The notes under the pieces are model-generated. The model did no database searches and had not been told where the DNA came from. It worked only from the letters and a program-made list of their open reading frames with translations. The position numbers were made by a program, and so were the translations under genes. Shown piece by piece: positions 50,722 to 60,608 of a stretch of DNA of 64,000 bases (within the stretch, counting starts at the first letter, position 1; the number at the start of each line of letters is the position of its first letter). This DNA comes from an uncultured Methanosarcinales archaeon (GTDB lineage: Archaea > Nanobdellota > Nanobdellia > Woesearchaeales > ARS49). The DNA is taken from contig CAZCCU010000002.1 in the NCBI GenBank assembly GCA_964497645.1, positions 3,525 through 67,524 on the forward strand, written 5' to 3'.

Positions 50722-53700
50722 GCCTGTTACCTGGATTTTCGCATTCATTCTTGTAATCACTATAGCGGCAGCTGTGCCCGTGAACCACGAAACCACATCT
50801 GTCTCAAGAATAGTTGCTGACAGTCCCGGACAAATGCGCAGGCAACTGTTTACAAGCGGGTTTACACTGCAAGATGCAGAACTGTTCACACAGCGCACAT
50901 TTGAAACAAGATATGATGTCAATAGTATCATGACTAGCCAGTTCCAATCAATGAGTTCAATGCCGCAATTCAGCGGATGGAGATTTGCAGACGTGGAAGA
51001 CCAACTCTCCAACGGGCAAAACAATTACTTAGTGCTTAATTCAAGAACGTCCAGCACACCATATAGCACAAGCCAAGGAACAATTGATGATATCAATGAT
51101 TGGGAATTAACTGAAAAAAATCTGTTCGTATTTGATTCGAAATACGCAGGACTGCACATGCCTGCAAGAACATCCTTCACCAGCAAACTCAGCGCCAAAG
51201 CACCATATATCGCGCCATTATCCTATCCGAGCGCACAATTCGTAAAATCACTCGTATGCAATCTCGGAAAACATCCACGCTTGGGAGAAGCGTTCAGGCA
51301 AGCACGCAATAACTACTACATTAACACCAATCTGCGCTCGGAATTTCTAGGACTCACGCTGCTATCATACGCGTTATATGGCTCGCCAAGAACAAACGTT
51401 CTAATCCCAACCTGGAACACCCAAGCACGACAAAGACTGTGCGGTGAATACGATAACACATACGGAACACAGGCAGCAGATATCCTTGAGATACAACAAC
51501 ACCAACTTGTGAAACAGGTCACAGCAAACATGGGAGAGCCAACGACCGCAGCATACGATGAATTCACCATAATAGAAACACCCAACACGCAGTCAAAATT
51601 CGCAGAAGACGAACTCATAACACCCTTCAAGACAGAAATCACAAAATTCCCACTAAATACGTTAATCACAAACGTCACTTTCATCGGATTTGAGGATCCT
51701 GTTGAGCTAACAGTGGACGATACGCCAATGTGGAACGGAGACTCAATGCAGGAAAAAACATGCTACACAGAAACGGACAGCCCAACAGCAGAATTCTCAT
51801 ATGCAGTTTCAGAAGAAGAACTCGTGGTTGTAGCGCACATAAATCCAGTGGAAGTCATAAGCTGCAGCCAAGGCAGATTCAAAATTTACAAAACAGCCAG
51901 ATATCAAATCGAGTACACTCCAAACTCACCTATCCTGATAGAAGAGGTGATCCATCCTGCAACAATGACTCCAAACCAAACCACCAACATCCAAGTAGAG
52001 ATAGAGAATATACAGTCAGAACCTGTAACTGGCATACTTGCACTTGTAGGAGAAGAGGGCGTAATATCAACAGTGGAAGTAACCAGCACACAAACATCAT
52101 ACTACCTGGAACTCATAGCTCCTGAAGAAGGACTGCACAATTACAGAATAGAATTCGTCCAGGAAAACGAATCAAAAACATTTTCTGAATTTGAGATAAA
52201 TGTAGCGGTTTTAGAAGCACAGCTGATAATACCCGAAATTGTAGGCCAAAGCGCAACTGTCACACTGGAAATAACAAATATGCTGTCAGAGACAATCAAT
52301 GCCACGATCAATGACATTCTAACCCACGATGAACAAACAATAACGAGCAATGACCAGGAAATGCAACTTCCTCCTGGAACAACCACCATTAATTTGGAAT
52401 ATGACAATCTTGAAAAAGAGGCTATCAGCTATGACTTATTGGTAAATATCGCTTACCTGGAAACAAACAAACTACTATGGGGCACAATAATAACAAACCA
52501 CGCACCAACAATACTCCAAGGAAATGTAGTCCTGAAAGAAGGCGACACGGTACAAATAACTCCAGAAGTAACTGACCTGGACGAAGATGATGTAAGCATG
52601 ACAATCGATTCGCCACTCCCGCTTGATGGAAGCTATACTCTGGCGTATGAAGACTCTGGCGTGTACATAATATCAATAGAAGCATCAGACGGAATAATCA
52701 CAATTGAAAAAACAATCTCTCTAACGGTGGAAAACGTCAACAGGCCGCCAACACTGACAGTGCCAGAAACAATCACGGTCAGCGAAGGCCAAGAAGCATC
52801 GATTGGCGCTTCTGCGAGCGATCCTGACAACCAAAACAGCGTAAACAATGACGACAATGCGTTAACAATCACGTATAGTGCGCCATTTGACTCAAATGGA
52901 AAGTACACGCCAAGCTATGACGCATCAGGAGAATTCACAACACTGGTCAGCGTAAGCGACGGGGAATTCACTGACACAAAAATTGTGACAGTCACAGTCC
53001 TAAACGTCAACAGGCCACCGCACCTGAATGATTTGACTGATATCACAATCAATGAAGGAGAAACAGTCTACGCACAAGTTGGAAGAGATCCAGACAACGA
53101 GAACATAGATCCAAGCGATGACAACAACATCACACACCGCTACTTCAACGTTCCACTCGACCACGAAGGCAAATGGAAAACCAACCACGAGAACAGCGGC
53201 AATTATACTGTTGGCGTGGAAGTTTCTGATGGAACGCTTGGAGTGAGAAAAAATGTCAGGCTAACAATATTGAACGTCAACAGGCCGCCAGTAATCTCCG
53301 CGCCGGAAGTAATCTACGCGAATGGCTCTGCTGACCTGTCAGTCTATATTTCAGACCCTGACAATATGAACTCTGTCACAAACGATGACAACGTGCTTAC
53401 CATAAATTACGGAGGCAGCCCATTCGACGCAAACGGAGTATGGTCGCCAACAATACCAGACAGCACAGCATACACTACAATCACCGTATCAGACGGCGAA
53501 TTCACAGTCAGCAAATATGTGGCAGTCCACGTAGCACAAGTAAATGTTCCACCAGCGCAAACACCGCCAGCACCACAAACACTGCCATCTGAATCAACAC
53601 AGCCAACTGAAACAATCACGCCTGTGACAACCACGCCTCCTGTGGAAACAATTCCGCCGGCGCCAGCGCCACAACCAACAACCGAGCCTGAAGGAACAGC

Positions 53701-54772
53701 TGAACCAAATCCAGAAACAACTCCAACAGAAGAAACAACAACAGAAGAGAATATCACAGCTTCGCCAGCGCCAGTGGTAGTAATTGTACCACCAGCCACA
53801 GACTCAACTTCAACAGCACCAGCAGTGCAACCAGCGCCAGCTCCTGCACTGACTGAAACACCAGCAGTACCAGCACCCGCACTGACAGAAACCCAGCCGA
53901 CACAACAAACAGCAACACAAAATACGGCGGCAGCACAAATTGACGAACTCAGCATTCAAGTGAAAGTCGGCAGCAAAAAAGTAGAAGACGGAGACTCAGT
54001 CAAAGTAAAACCAGACAAAGAACTCAAAATAGAAATAGACATAAAGAACAATGCCGCGGAAGAAAAAGAAATAGAAATAGAAGCGAGCATAGACGACCTA
54101 GACCAAGACGAAGAAGACAGCGTAACACTAGATCCAAACGAACAAGAAGAGTTCAAATACACATTTGACATTCCAAGACTCACAGAAGACGACGAATACG
54201 ACCTGGACATATTCGTACGAGATTCAAAACAAACCAGAGAATGGAATATTCTACTAAAAATAGACAAACCATCACACGAAGTAAACATCAAACAGTTCAG
54301 CATAACACCTGAAATCGTTCAATGCGAGCAGACAAGCGCAGAATTACAGCTCAAGTTAGAAAACACAGGCAAAAACGACGAAGAAGGCACCATACTCTTT
54401 GAAAGCGCCACGCTTGACATTTTGGAGACCATGCCATTTGATCTGGCCGAAGGAGAATCAAAACTGTACAAGAAAACAATCAGCGCGCTAAAAACAGGAA
54501 CACACGACATCAAAGCAAAAGCAGACTATGGCAAAACAGAAGAGCAAACCAAGACGCTCACTGTTCAGCCATGCATCGCAGAAGAAGCAACCGTCACGCA
54601 CGCAGAGCCTGAAACTCCACGAGTAGGCATCAGCAGCGGACAACAAATGGCAAAAACAGTAACAAACGCGGACACAATGCCAGCGAAAGACATAGCCAGC
54701 ATAGCATTTGTGATACTATCAGGATTATTCGCGGTCACGCTGATCATTTTCGCGATGCGATTTAGAAACTAG
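50711..54772 (+). CDS. surface protein: degenerate C25 (gingipain-like) C-domain, Ig/cadherin-like repeats, Pro/Thr linker, CARDB-like domains, TM anchor
   Basis: GTG 50711 with AGGTG RBS and signal peptide; LGEAF..AR..Y...Y.LYGSP; NVNRPP repeats; C-terminal TM. Confidence 0.75.
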   Translation: MKHKPVTWIFAFILVITIAAAVPVNHETTSVSRIVADSPGQMRRQLFTSGFTLQDAELFTQRTFETRYDVNSIMTSQFQSMSSMPQFSGWRFADVEDQLSNGQNNYLVLNSRTSSTPYSTSQGTIDDINDWELTEKNLFVFDSKYAGLHMPARTSFTSKLSAKAPYIAPLSYPSAQFVKSLVCNLGKHPRLGEAFRQARNNYYINTNLRSEFLGLTLLSYALYGSPRTNVLIPTWNTQARQRLCGEYDNTYGTQAADILEIQQHQLVKQVTANMGEPTTAAYDEFTIIETPNTQSKFAEDELITPFKTEITKFPLNTLITNVTFIGFEDPVELTVDDTPMWNGDSMQEKTCYTETDSPTAEFSYAVSEEELVVVAHINPVEVISCSQGRFKIYKTARYQIEYTPNSPILIEEVIHPATMTPNQTTNIQVEIENIQSEPVTGILALVGEEGVISTVEVTSTQTSYYLELIAPEEGLHNYRIEFVQENESKTFSEFEINVAVLEAQLIIPEIVGQSATVTLEITNMLSETINATINDILTHDEQTITSNDQEMQLPPGTTTINLEYDNLEKEAISYDLLVNIAYLETNKLLWGTIITNHAPTILQGNVVLKEGDTVQITPEVTDLDEDDVSMTIDSPLPLDGSYTLAYEDSGVYIISIEASDGIITIEKTISLTVENVNRPPTLTVPETITVSEGQEASIGASASDPDNQNSVNNDDNALTITYSAPFDSNGKYTPSYDASGEFTTLVSVSDGEFTDTKIVTVTVLNVNRPPHLNDLTDITINEGETVYAQVGRDPDNENIDPSDDNNITHRYFNVPLDHEGKWKTNHENSGNYTVGVEVSDGTLGVRKNVRLTILNVNRPPVISAPEVIYANGSADLSVYISDPDNMNSVTNDDNVLTINYGGSPFDANGVWSPTIPDSTAYTTITVSDGEFTVSKYVAVHVAQVNVPPAQTPPAPQTLPSESTQPTETITPVTTTPPVETIPPAPAPQPTTEPEGTAEPNPETTPTEETTTEENITASPAPVVVIVPPATDSTSTAPAVQPAPAPALTETPAVPAPALTETQPTQQTATQNTAAAQIDELSIQVKVGSKKVEDGDSVKVKPDKELKIEIDIKNNAAEEKEIEIEASIDDLDQDEEDSVTLDPNEQEEFKYTFDIPRLTEDDEYDLDIFVRDSKQTREWNILLKIDKPSHEVNIKQFSITPEIVQCEQTSAELQLKLENTGKNDEEGTILFESATLDILETMPFDLAEGESKLYKKTISALKTGTHDIKAKADYGKTEEQTKTLTVQPCIAEEATVTHAEPETPRVGISSGQQMAKTVTNADTMPAKDIASIAFVILSGLFAVTLIIFAMRFRN

Positions 54773-55656
54773 CCGTGAGCACTCAATAAATGCAGACCTT
54801 TCGCAGCATTCTGCAGATCATTCTTTCTGATAATCTTCTGAGACCACCTTTCTGGAATATTCTTAAAACCATAATGCGCTCCAGCTATCGCTCCAGCAAT
54901 CGCACCAGTAGTATCAGCGTCCCCACCAAGATTCACAACAGCAACAAGCGTGTCCTCAAACGAATTTCGAGAAAAAACCGCATAAAACACTGCTTTGAGC
55001 GTGTCAATAATATAACCAGAAGGCCTGTGCACTGGAGACTTTTGATAAAGACAAGATGTCAGTCTGCCGTCGATAGGAAGCCGTGCCGCGATCTCCAGTG
55101 CCTCTGTCAACGAACTGCCAGCCAACAATTTGGCTATGATTTCATTCACAAGCACGCACGCGGATATGCACAGAGGATTAGCATGAGTTATAGAAGAATC
55201 CTCCCTGCTGTAATGCGCCCTTTTTTCAGAATTGTTCCAATAGGCGATTCCAATAGGAGCGCAACGCATTGCGCTGCCATTAGCAGCTGCTGGTGCAGGT
55301 ACACCTGAAGAAACAGGACTAACACCTTTCTTAATAGCAGTAAGCGCTGTTCTGGTAGTCACTCCCATGTCAACAGGACCGCTCTCCAGCCATTCAACAT
55401 ACTTCTTAGCAGCGCCAAAAAGATCATAACCACCGCACTCAATAATTGAGTTGGCAAGACAAAGAGCCATGTCAGTATCATCGCTAACCTCGCCAGCATC
55501 CACAGACAACCAGCCACCGCCTATGATCTCCTTATGGACTTTATGCTGGCGCCAAATTTCATCAGGACTCATGCGCTCAACAGTCAAGCCTAGAGCATCA
55601 CCTACAGCCAACCCGAACATACAGCCTAACATCTTATCAAAATCAATGCCGCCCAT
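54769..55656 (-). CDS. ADP-ribosylglycohydrolase (DraG/ARH family)
   Basis: G.AVGDALG, SDDT, NGSAMR.AP, TH, GGDADTTGAIAGA. Confidence 0.93.
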   Translation of the reverse strand: MGGIDFDKMLGCMFGLAVGDALGLTVERMSPDEIWRQHKVHKEIIGGGWLSVDAGEVSDDTDMALCLANSIIECGGYDLFGAAKKYVEWLESGPVDMGVTTRTALTAIKKGVSPVSSGVPAPAAANGSAMRCAPIGIAYWNNSEKRAHYSREDSSITHANPLCISACVLVNEIIAKLLAGSSLTEALEIAARLPIDGRLTSCLYQKSPVHRPSGYIIDTLKAVFYAVFSRNSFEDTLVAVVNLGGDADTTGAIAGAIAGAHYGFKNIPERWSQKIIRKNDLQNAAKGLHLLSAHG

Positions 55657-55720
55657 TAGCTCTCCAGAATGTCATAATAAATACAGGTATGTGGAGTATA
55701 AAAGATTTGCGCAACCGCGC

Positions 55721-55963
55721 TTAATCGTGCGTGTCCAGATTAAACACGGCACCAGAATCCTTCAAAGCATTCGCAACATTGTCGCCTAACGCCAGAACTT
55801 CAGATTTTGACGGGTTTTTGCCCTTCCAGTCAAACACAAAATCAAACGGGCCAAACTCAGTAGTGAAGCCAAGAGATTCCAAGCGTTTAGAAGTTTCTGA
55901 TGCTGAAACTCCTTTTGTCCCAAAATACATCACCAAATATGTTTTAAAACCCATATCAATCAC
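55721..55963 (-). CDS. small hypothetical protein
   Basis: 80-aa ORF with TTTTATATA box upstream; probably co-transcribed toward the ARH gene. Confidence 0.65.
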   Translation of the reverse strand: MIDMGFKTYLVMYFGTKGVSASETSKRLESLGFTTEFGPFDFVFDWKGKNPSKSEVLALGDNVANALKDSGAVFNLDTHD

Positions 55964-55991
55964 AACCGCGGCTTTCTTATATAAAATTATC

Positions 55992-56119
55992 TGTCAAGAA
56001 CACTTGGGTGTTCTTGAGCATGCGTCAGAAATCCACATAAATAATCATAAATTGTGCGGATTTCTGATCGCACTCGGAAAGCTGTGCTTTCCGATGCTCG
56101 GAAACCAAGGTTTCCAACA
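55992..56119. repeat. array of four hairpin modules (REP-like)
   Basis: TCAAGAACAC/GTGTTCTTGA 55994-56017; TCAGAAATCC/GGATTTCTGA 56025-67; TCGGAAAGC/GCTTTCCGA 56074-94; GGAAACC/GGTTTCC 56100-15. Confidence 0.7.
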
Positions 56120-56156
56120 TGTAAGGTTTTTAAAGAAACGCGGGCTTCCATGCGTT

Positions 56157-56786
56157 ATGAAAAAAGAGCTGCTGATGATACTATTCATCCTTGGACTGCC
56201 AACAGTTTTCATAATGAGCTTAGGACCACAATCAACAGGAGCGCTAGTCAATGGCATTGCACAGGTACGCGTTGACCAAATAAATCTCGCTATGAACTTT
56301 CCAATAGTGCTAGAACTGCCATACAAAGTAATAACTTACAGGGTAAGACAACATCTGAGAAACATGGCAAACGAAGGCTACTATTATCCAGACGGGCTCG
56401 GAAATGGAGATGGATATTACCTGGAAATGCTCAACCTGTTTCCAGACTTGCTGAGGCTGGCATGCCTGCGCCCGTACGAAGACCACTACATCAGCGCGAG
56501 CGGAAGAGCAATACTAATCCCGTGGAACAGATGGGCTGATGGAGAGTTCACAGACATCGGACAAATACCTTGTAATCCAGAACTAGCGCAAAAATCAGAA
56601 GAAACACTAGATGGACTTGTGGAATTGAACAACAAACTTCTGGAAATAACGATGCAAAACAGCAAATGCCCGGAGCTTGCTGCAGACAGCATGACATTAG
56701 CGCAAGAAAATGTTGAGAAAGGCAATTACGAAGCGGCAATCACCAACTGGAGAAGCGCCTGGAGCAAGGCAAAGAGCTGCGCATGA
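56157..56786 (+). CDS. exported hypothetical protein
   Basis: MKKELLMILFILG signal sequence after a TTTTTAAA box. Confidence 0.65.
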   Translation: MKKELLMILFILGLPTVFIMSLGPQSTGALVNGIAQVRVDQINLAMNFPIVLELPYKVITYRVRQHLRNMANEGYYYPDGLGNGDGYYLEMLNLFPDLLRLACLRPYEDHYISASGRAILIPWNRWADGEFTDIGQIPCNPELAQKSEETLDGLVELNNKLLEITMQNSKCPELAADSMTLAQENVEKGNYEAAITNWRSAWSKAKSCA

Positions 56787-57349
56787 GATTCTCTAACTTT
56801 GAAATAAAGGAGATTGCAAAAGCATGGATAGCTGTCTCGCTCATGTTCGCCATAGCAATAACAGGAATCAGCTCAAAACTAATCATCGCGCTGCCATTAA
56901 CATTCTTAACTGCAGGAATAGGATTCCTACTTCACGAACTAGCCCACAAATACGTCGCACAAAGATACAAGTGCTGGGCAGAATTCAGAGCGAACAATCA
57001 AGCGCTAATAATTGGAGTATTGCTGAGCTTCACCGGACTTGTGCTTGCAGCACCAGGAGGAGTATTCATCCGAGGAGCAAACGCCAAACAACACGGCAGG
57101 ATAGCATTAGCAGGGCCGATGACAAATGTAATTATTGCACTTGCCTTTTATGGCATGACAAAAATAACAGCCGGACAAATGTTCGCAGCCTTTGCAGGAT
57201 ACGGACTTCAAATCAACGCGCTCCTGGCAGTGTTCAACATGATCCCATTCCCGCCATTCGACGGGTATTCAGTCTGGCAGTGGAACAAAATAGTTTATCT
57301 CATTGGAACTGCGGCAGCAGGCTCTCTATTCCTGCTGACCTCTCTCTGA
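56783..57349 (+). CDS. site-2 protease (M50) family membrane metalloprotease
   Basis: HELAH, AGP..N, NMIP.PPFDG. Confidence 0.9.
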   Translation: MRFSNFEIKEIAKAWIAVSLMFAIAITGISSKLIIALPLTFLTAGIGFLLHELAHKYVAQRYKCWAEFRANNQALIIGVLLSFTGLVLAAPGGVFIRGANAKQHGRIALAGPMTNVIIALAFYGMTKITAGQMFAAFAGYGLQINALLAVFNMIPFPPFDGYSVWQWNKIVYLIGTAAAGSLFLLTSL

Positions 57350-57720
57350 GGAAAATAATGAGTGTACATTGTAGTAAATGAAGGATCACTGAGCAATTCA
57401 GTCCAATGCTTAACCGGCGAGTTCGTCAAGACAATATACGAAAGCACATCATAATCAGGTTTTTTTGAGCGAATAGATTCTTCTACTTTTTGAAGAGATA
57501 AGATTCCTTTGATGACTTCTTCATACGGCCACCTGCCCCTGAAATCAACAACAGTGTATAATTCCAAAGAATTCCTGTTTTCCGCAAACCCAACAACTGG
57601 CGGAAAACCCTCGTGGAGTTCATTCTCCACAATTAAGAATTTTCCACCATTCAGCACGCATTCTGCCACTGCGTTTTCAATACCAGGATTGTCAATAATA
57701 CTTCGTCGCTTCACTGTCAC
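57295..57720 (-). CDS. hypothetical protein
   Basis: 141-aa ORF following 57730-59070 on the same strand. Confidence 0.45.
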   Translation of the reverse strand: MTVKRRSIIDNPGIENAVAECVLNGGKFLIVENELHEGFPPVVGFAENRNSLELYTVVDFRGRWPYEEVIKGILSLQKVEESIRSKKPDYDVLSYIVLTNSPVKHWTELLSDPSFTTMYTHYFPQREVSRNREPAAAVPMR

Positions 57721-57729
57721 ATCTCTGCT

Positions 57730-59070
57730 TTAATCGTAAGCCTTTTTCAACAATTTGTCAACTTTCGGCTGCATATAATCACGCAAAGATTTGCCCTCAT
57801 ATTTCCTGTCAAATTGCTTCTTGGAGAGCATCTTGATTTGATCTGCCGTCAACAAGCGAAATTGCTTATATATCAAGATATCATTCTTCTTATCATAACC
57901 GCTCACGTCAATATTTTTGAAAGTTTCCCTGTCCTTGACGATTTCATCCAAAAACTCAGAAAGGATTGTTTCACCCATTATTTCACCAACCACTGTTTCC
58001 TTGCTCAAGTGGTTGCCGGCAATCTTGAAAGTATCGCCGAGCATCAGAAGAGGATTTCTGTGATACATTTTCGTAAGAATACCGCGATTTTCCCTTTCGC
58101 TCACGGTATCAATGATCAAAGCCCTCCGATCTGCAGTGCTCAACTTGTCCAAAATTTCCTTTCCGTAAATAAAATCATCAATCAAGCCCAGGACTGAACG
58201 CACTTCGCCGTCCTGCTCAAATTGCGATGTGAGCTTTTTAACAAAATCTGCCTCATCTTTCGAGGACTTATAGAGATCTCTCACGGCCATGTGATGAAGC
58301 AAAGACCCCATGCGATCGAAGAGTTTTAATTTATCTTCATACTTATCAAGAAGCTTTGGATCGGCCAATTCAGCATCAAAACCCGCTCCTTTGGTCTTTT
58401 CACCATCATAATAATTCTTTGCCGTTGCTTCAAGAACATTAACACGAATCTCAATCATATCCGTGCCTATCCAATGCACGTTTGATATGCCGGTTGAGAC
58501 AAGATTTCGTTTTTGAGCCCGATATGTAAAGGAATTGGAGATCAATTCAGGCTCAACAACGCGAAGTTTGACATATTCTTTGGTTATCCCGAACAGTTCC
58601 ATCTTCTTTTTTTCAGTGGAATCAATCTTGACAAGCTCATAATTAAAGGCAGTAGATTGATTAAAAATACGCAAGAACTTGAAGCGCAGACCCTGCTCAT
58701 CAAAGAATTTTTCAAGCTCCTTGCAGTCCTTTCCCTGTTTGATGTTTGCTATCCCTTCTTCAGGAATACCCGCTGATTTTAACGCAACTTCAAGTTTTTG
58801 CTCAAGCTCGCCTAGATCCCTGCGTCTCACTCCCATGTCCTTATCATAATTGGCATAGATAAAGTCGCGCAAAGGCGCAATGACGTCCTGACGCACAGGT
58901 TTTTTGACAGCATCTTGAACTTCAATCGGCGCAGGCCTTTCAGAAGCAGAATTATCATTACCTAGAGCTAGAACCCCTGCAATCACCAATGCTTGTAATG
59001 TCCCCACAAATTTCACCTGTTCTAATCTGGAATGTGACCTCTTTTTAAAGGTTACGACACAATTTGTCAC
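57730..59070 (-). CDS. hypothetical protein with N-terminal hydrophobic segment
   Basis: 446-aa ORF; true start may be the GTG near 59016. Confidence 0.65.
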   Translation of the reverse strand: MTNCVVTFKKRSHSRLEQVKFVGTLQALVIAGVLALGNDNSASERPAPIEVQDAVKKPVRQDVIAPLRDFIYANYDKDMGVRRRDLGELEQKLEVALKSAGIPEEGIANIKQGKDCKELEKFFDEQGLRFKFLRIFNQSTAFNYELVKIDSTEKKKMELFGITKEYVKLRVVEPELISNSFTYRAQKRNLVSTGISNVHWIGTDMIEIRVNVLEATAKNYYDGEKTKGAGFDAELADPKLLDKYEDKLKLFDRMGSLLHHMAVRDLYKSSKDEADFVKKLTSQFEQDGEVRSVLGLIDDFIYGKEILDKLSTADRRALIIDTVSERENRGILTKMYHRNPLLMLGDTFKIAGNHLSKETVVGEIMGETILSEFLDEIVKDRETFKNIDVSGYDKKNDILIYKQFRLLTADQIKMLSKKQFDRKYEGKSLRDYMQPKVDKLLKKAYD

Positions 59071-59113
59071 AAGATATTAATAGAGGTGAGGGCGAGTGCT
59101 CTAAGGGGTTGAA

Positions 59114-59572
59114 GTGACATACTACTGGTTTCCTCTTCCACGGAAAACCGCACAAAGCGAGGAATTTGAAAAGCTCCGCAAGCAAGGAGAAATATTTGTT
59201 CTCTACCGTACTGTTTTGAAAGTTATTTCAAAAGGCTGTGATTTGCCTGCTGTTTTTGACCCGGCTACAAAGGCACTCACAATGCTATTGCGAGGCGAAA
59301 GCAAGAAAAATCTTTATCTTTCAACAGAACCACGCGAGCTTGATGCATTAGTGAAGCTTGAGTTAAAAGACGGCAAAAAAATAAGCCATTCAGCGTACAT
59401 GAGCGCGTTAAGACCAGTCATACTAGAAAGGTTCACTGCACGCGGGCTCACATATCGTGATATCCTTGCTGCTTCTTCAGACAGAGTCCCCAAAATTTAT
59501 CGCGAGACTTTTAATCGTTCAATTGCAGACATTATTGAGAAGTATATAATTGAACCACGGGATTTCACTTAA
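59114..59572 (+). CDS. hypothetical protein
   Basis: GTG start with GGGG RBS. Confidence 0.55.
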   Translation: MTYYWFPLPRKTAQSEEFEKLRKQGEIFVLYRTVLKVISKGCDLPAVFDPATKALTMLLRGESKKNLYLSTEPRELDALVKLELKDGKKISHSAYMSALRPVILERFTARGLTYRDILAASSDRVPKIYRETFNRSIADIIEKYIIEPRDFT

Positions 59573-59691
59573 ACCCATGCACTCACCCTATACGGCGGAA
59601 CAAATACCTATTTTTAACGGTTTTGACTGATTTCTACCATAAAATATATAAGAAAAAGGATGAAAGATAGCCCAGTGGGGCTCAATCTGAT

Positions 59692-60489
59692 ATGAGATAT
59701 AGCGATCCGAAAAAACGAGAAAAAATGCTCAAGACTGAGCTACGGAACGGGCTGATATGGGTGCTCTATAAAGAACTTCAGCGGTCTCAGAAATGGATTG
59801 CATATGTTATGGGCACAAACAAAGACGTTATCAGCTCTGCTGTTTATCACGTTCGTGATTTTGACAAGCTATTCAAAGAATGGCTGGCCCGAGAAGTCTA
59901 TCTCTCAGCTCACAACATTACTGACAGGAGGAGCTATAAAACAGAAATCGAACAACTCTGCATGCAAAATCAACATGTCCTCCATGAGCAGGCAAAACTT
60001 CAAGACGAGAAAACAAGAATTGCCTATAGGACGATGTATGCCACTTACATGGCACTCATATGGAAACGCCTGCAACAAAACAAGCCAGCAGATATTTATC
60101 AATACCAGGGCACTATAGTTTCGCCTAAAACAAACCTTGATGGACATTTCATACTGGTGCCAAGAAAAGAATTGCCTTGCTTAGTTGTTTCGAGTAATTC
60201 AAGCAGCATAGAATTATGCGATGAAAATGGATACGAGTTAAATGTGCAGATTAATGGAATAGGCAAAACTGACCCTGCAAAGGATAAAGTTATGCCACTC
60301 CAAAGTATTGCTAATGGTGAAGTATACAACACTTGTCTATCATATTTCCAGAGAAATAAATATGACTCAAGGAATGGCCTGCTCTGCCAAATAGAACAAC
60401 GGGCACGCAAAGAACTTGCTCCGGTTCACATGCGGCTAGAGCACCTTTTCCTTGCAGAGCCGCAATACGCTTCTAATGGGAGAGAGTAA
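59692..60489 (+). CDS. hypothetical protein
   Basis: 265-aa ORF, TATA upstream, possible N-terminal HTH. Confidence 0.55.
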   Translation: MRYSDPKKREKMLKTELRNGLIWVLYKELQRSQKWIAYVMGTNKDVISSAVYHVRDFDKLFKEWLAREVYLSAHNITDRRSYKTEIEQLCMQNQHVLHEQAKLQDEKTRIAYRTMYATYMALIWKRLQQNKPADIYQYQGTIVSPKTNLDGHFILVPRKELPCLVVSSNSSSIELCDENGYELNVQINGIGKTDPAKDKVMPLQSIANGEVYNTCLSYFQRNKYDSRNGLLCQIEQRARKELAPVHMRLEHLFLAEPQYASNGRE

Positions 60490-60608
60490 GCATCACACGA
60501 CCGGATAGCTTTGCATACCGCTTATTTTCACTGGACATTCTCGCATAAGCTTTTTATAGCGATGATTTAGCTATTGTGGTAGAATAATATGCAATAATTA
60601 TTTTCAAT

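Noticed and set aside
52730..53530. Repeated AACGTCAACAGGCC and GACAAC segments as a possible CRISPR or DNA repeat
   Set aside because: In-frame protein repeats (NVNRPP, DPDN) with long coding spacing; no cas genes.
55731..56156. N-terminal extension of the 351-aa ORF 55731-56786
   Set aside because: Antisense to the 80-aa gene and crosses the hairpin array; the TATA box and signal peptide support ATG 56157.
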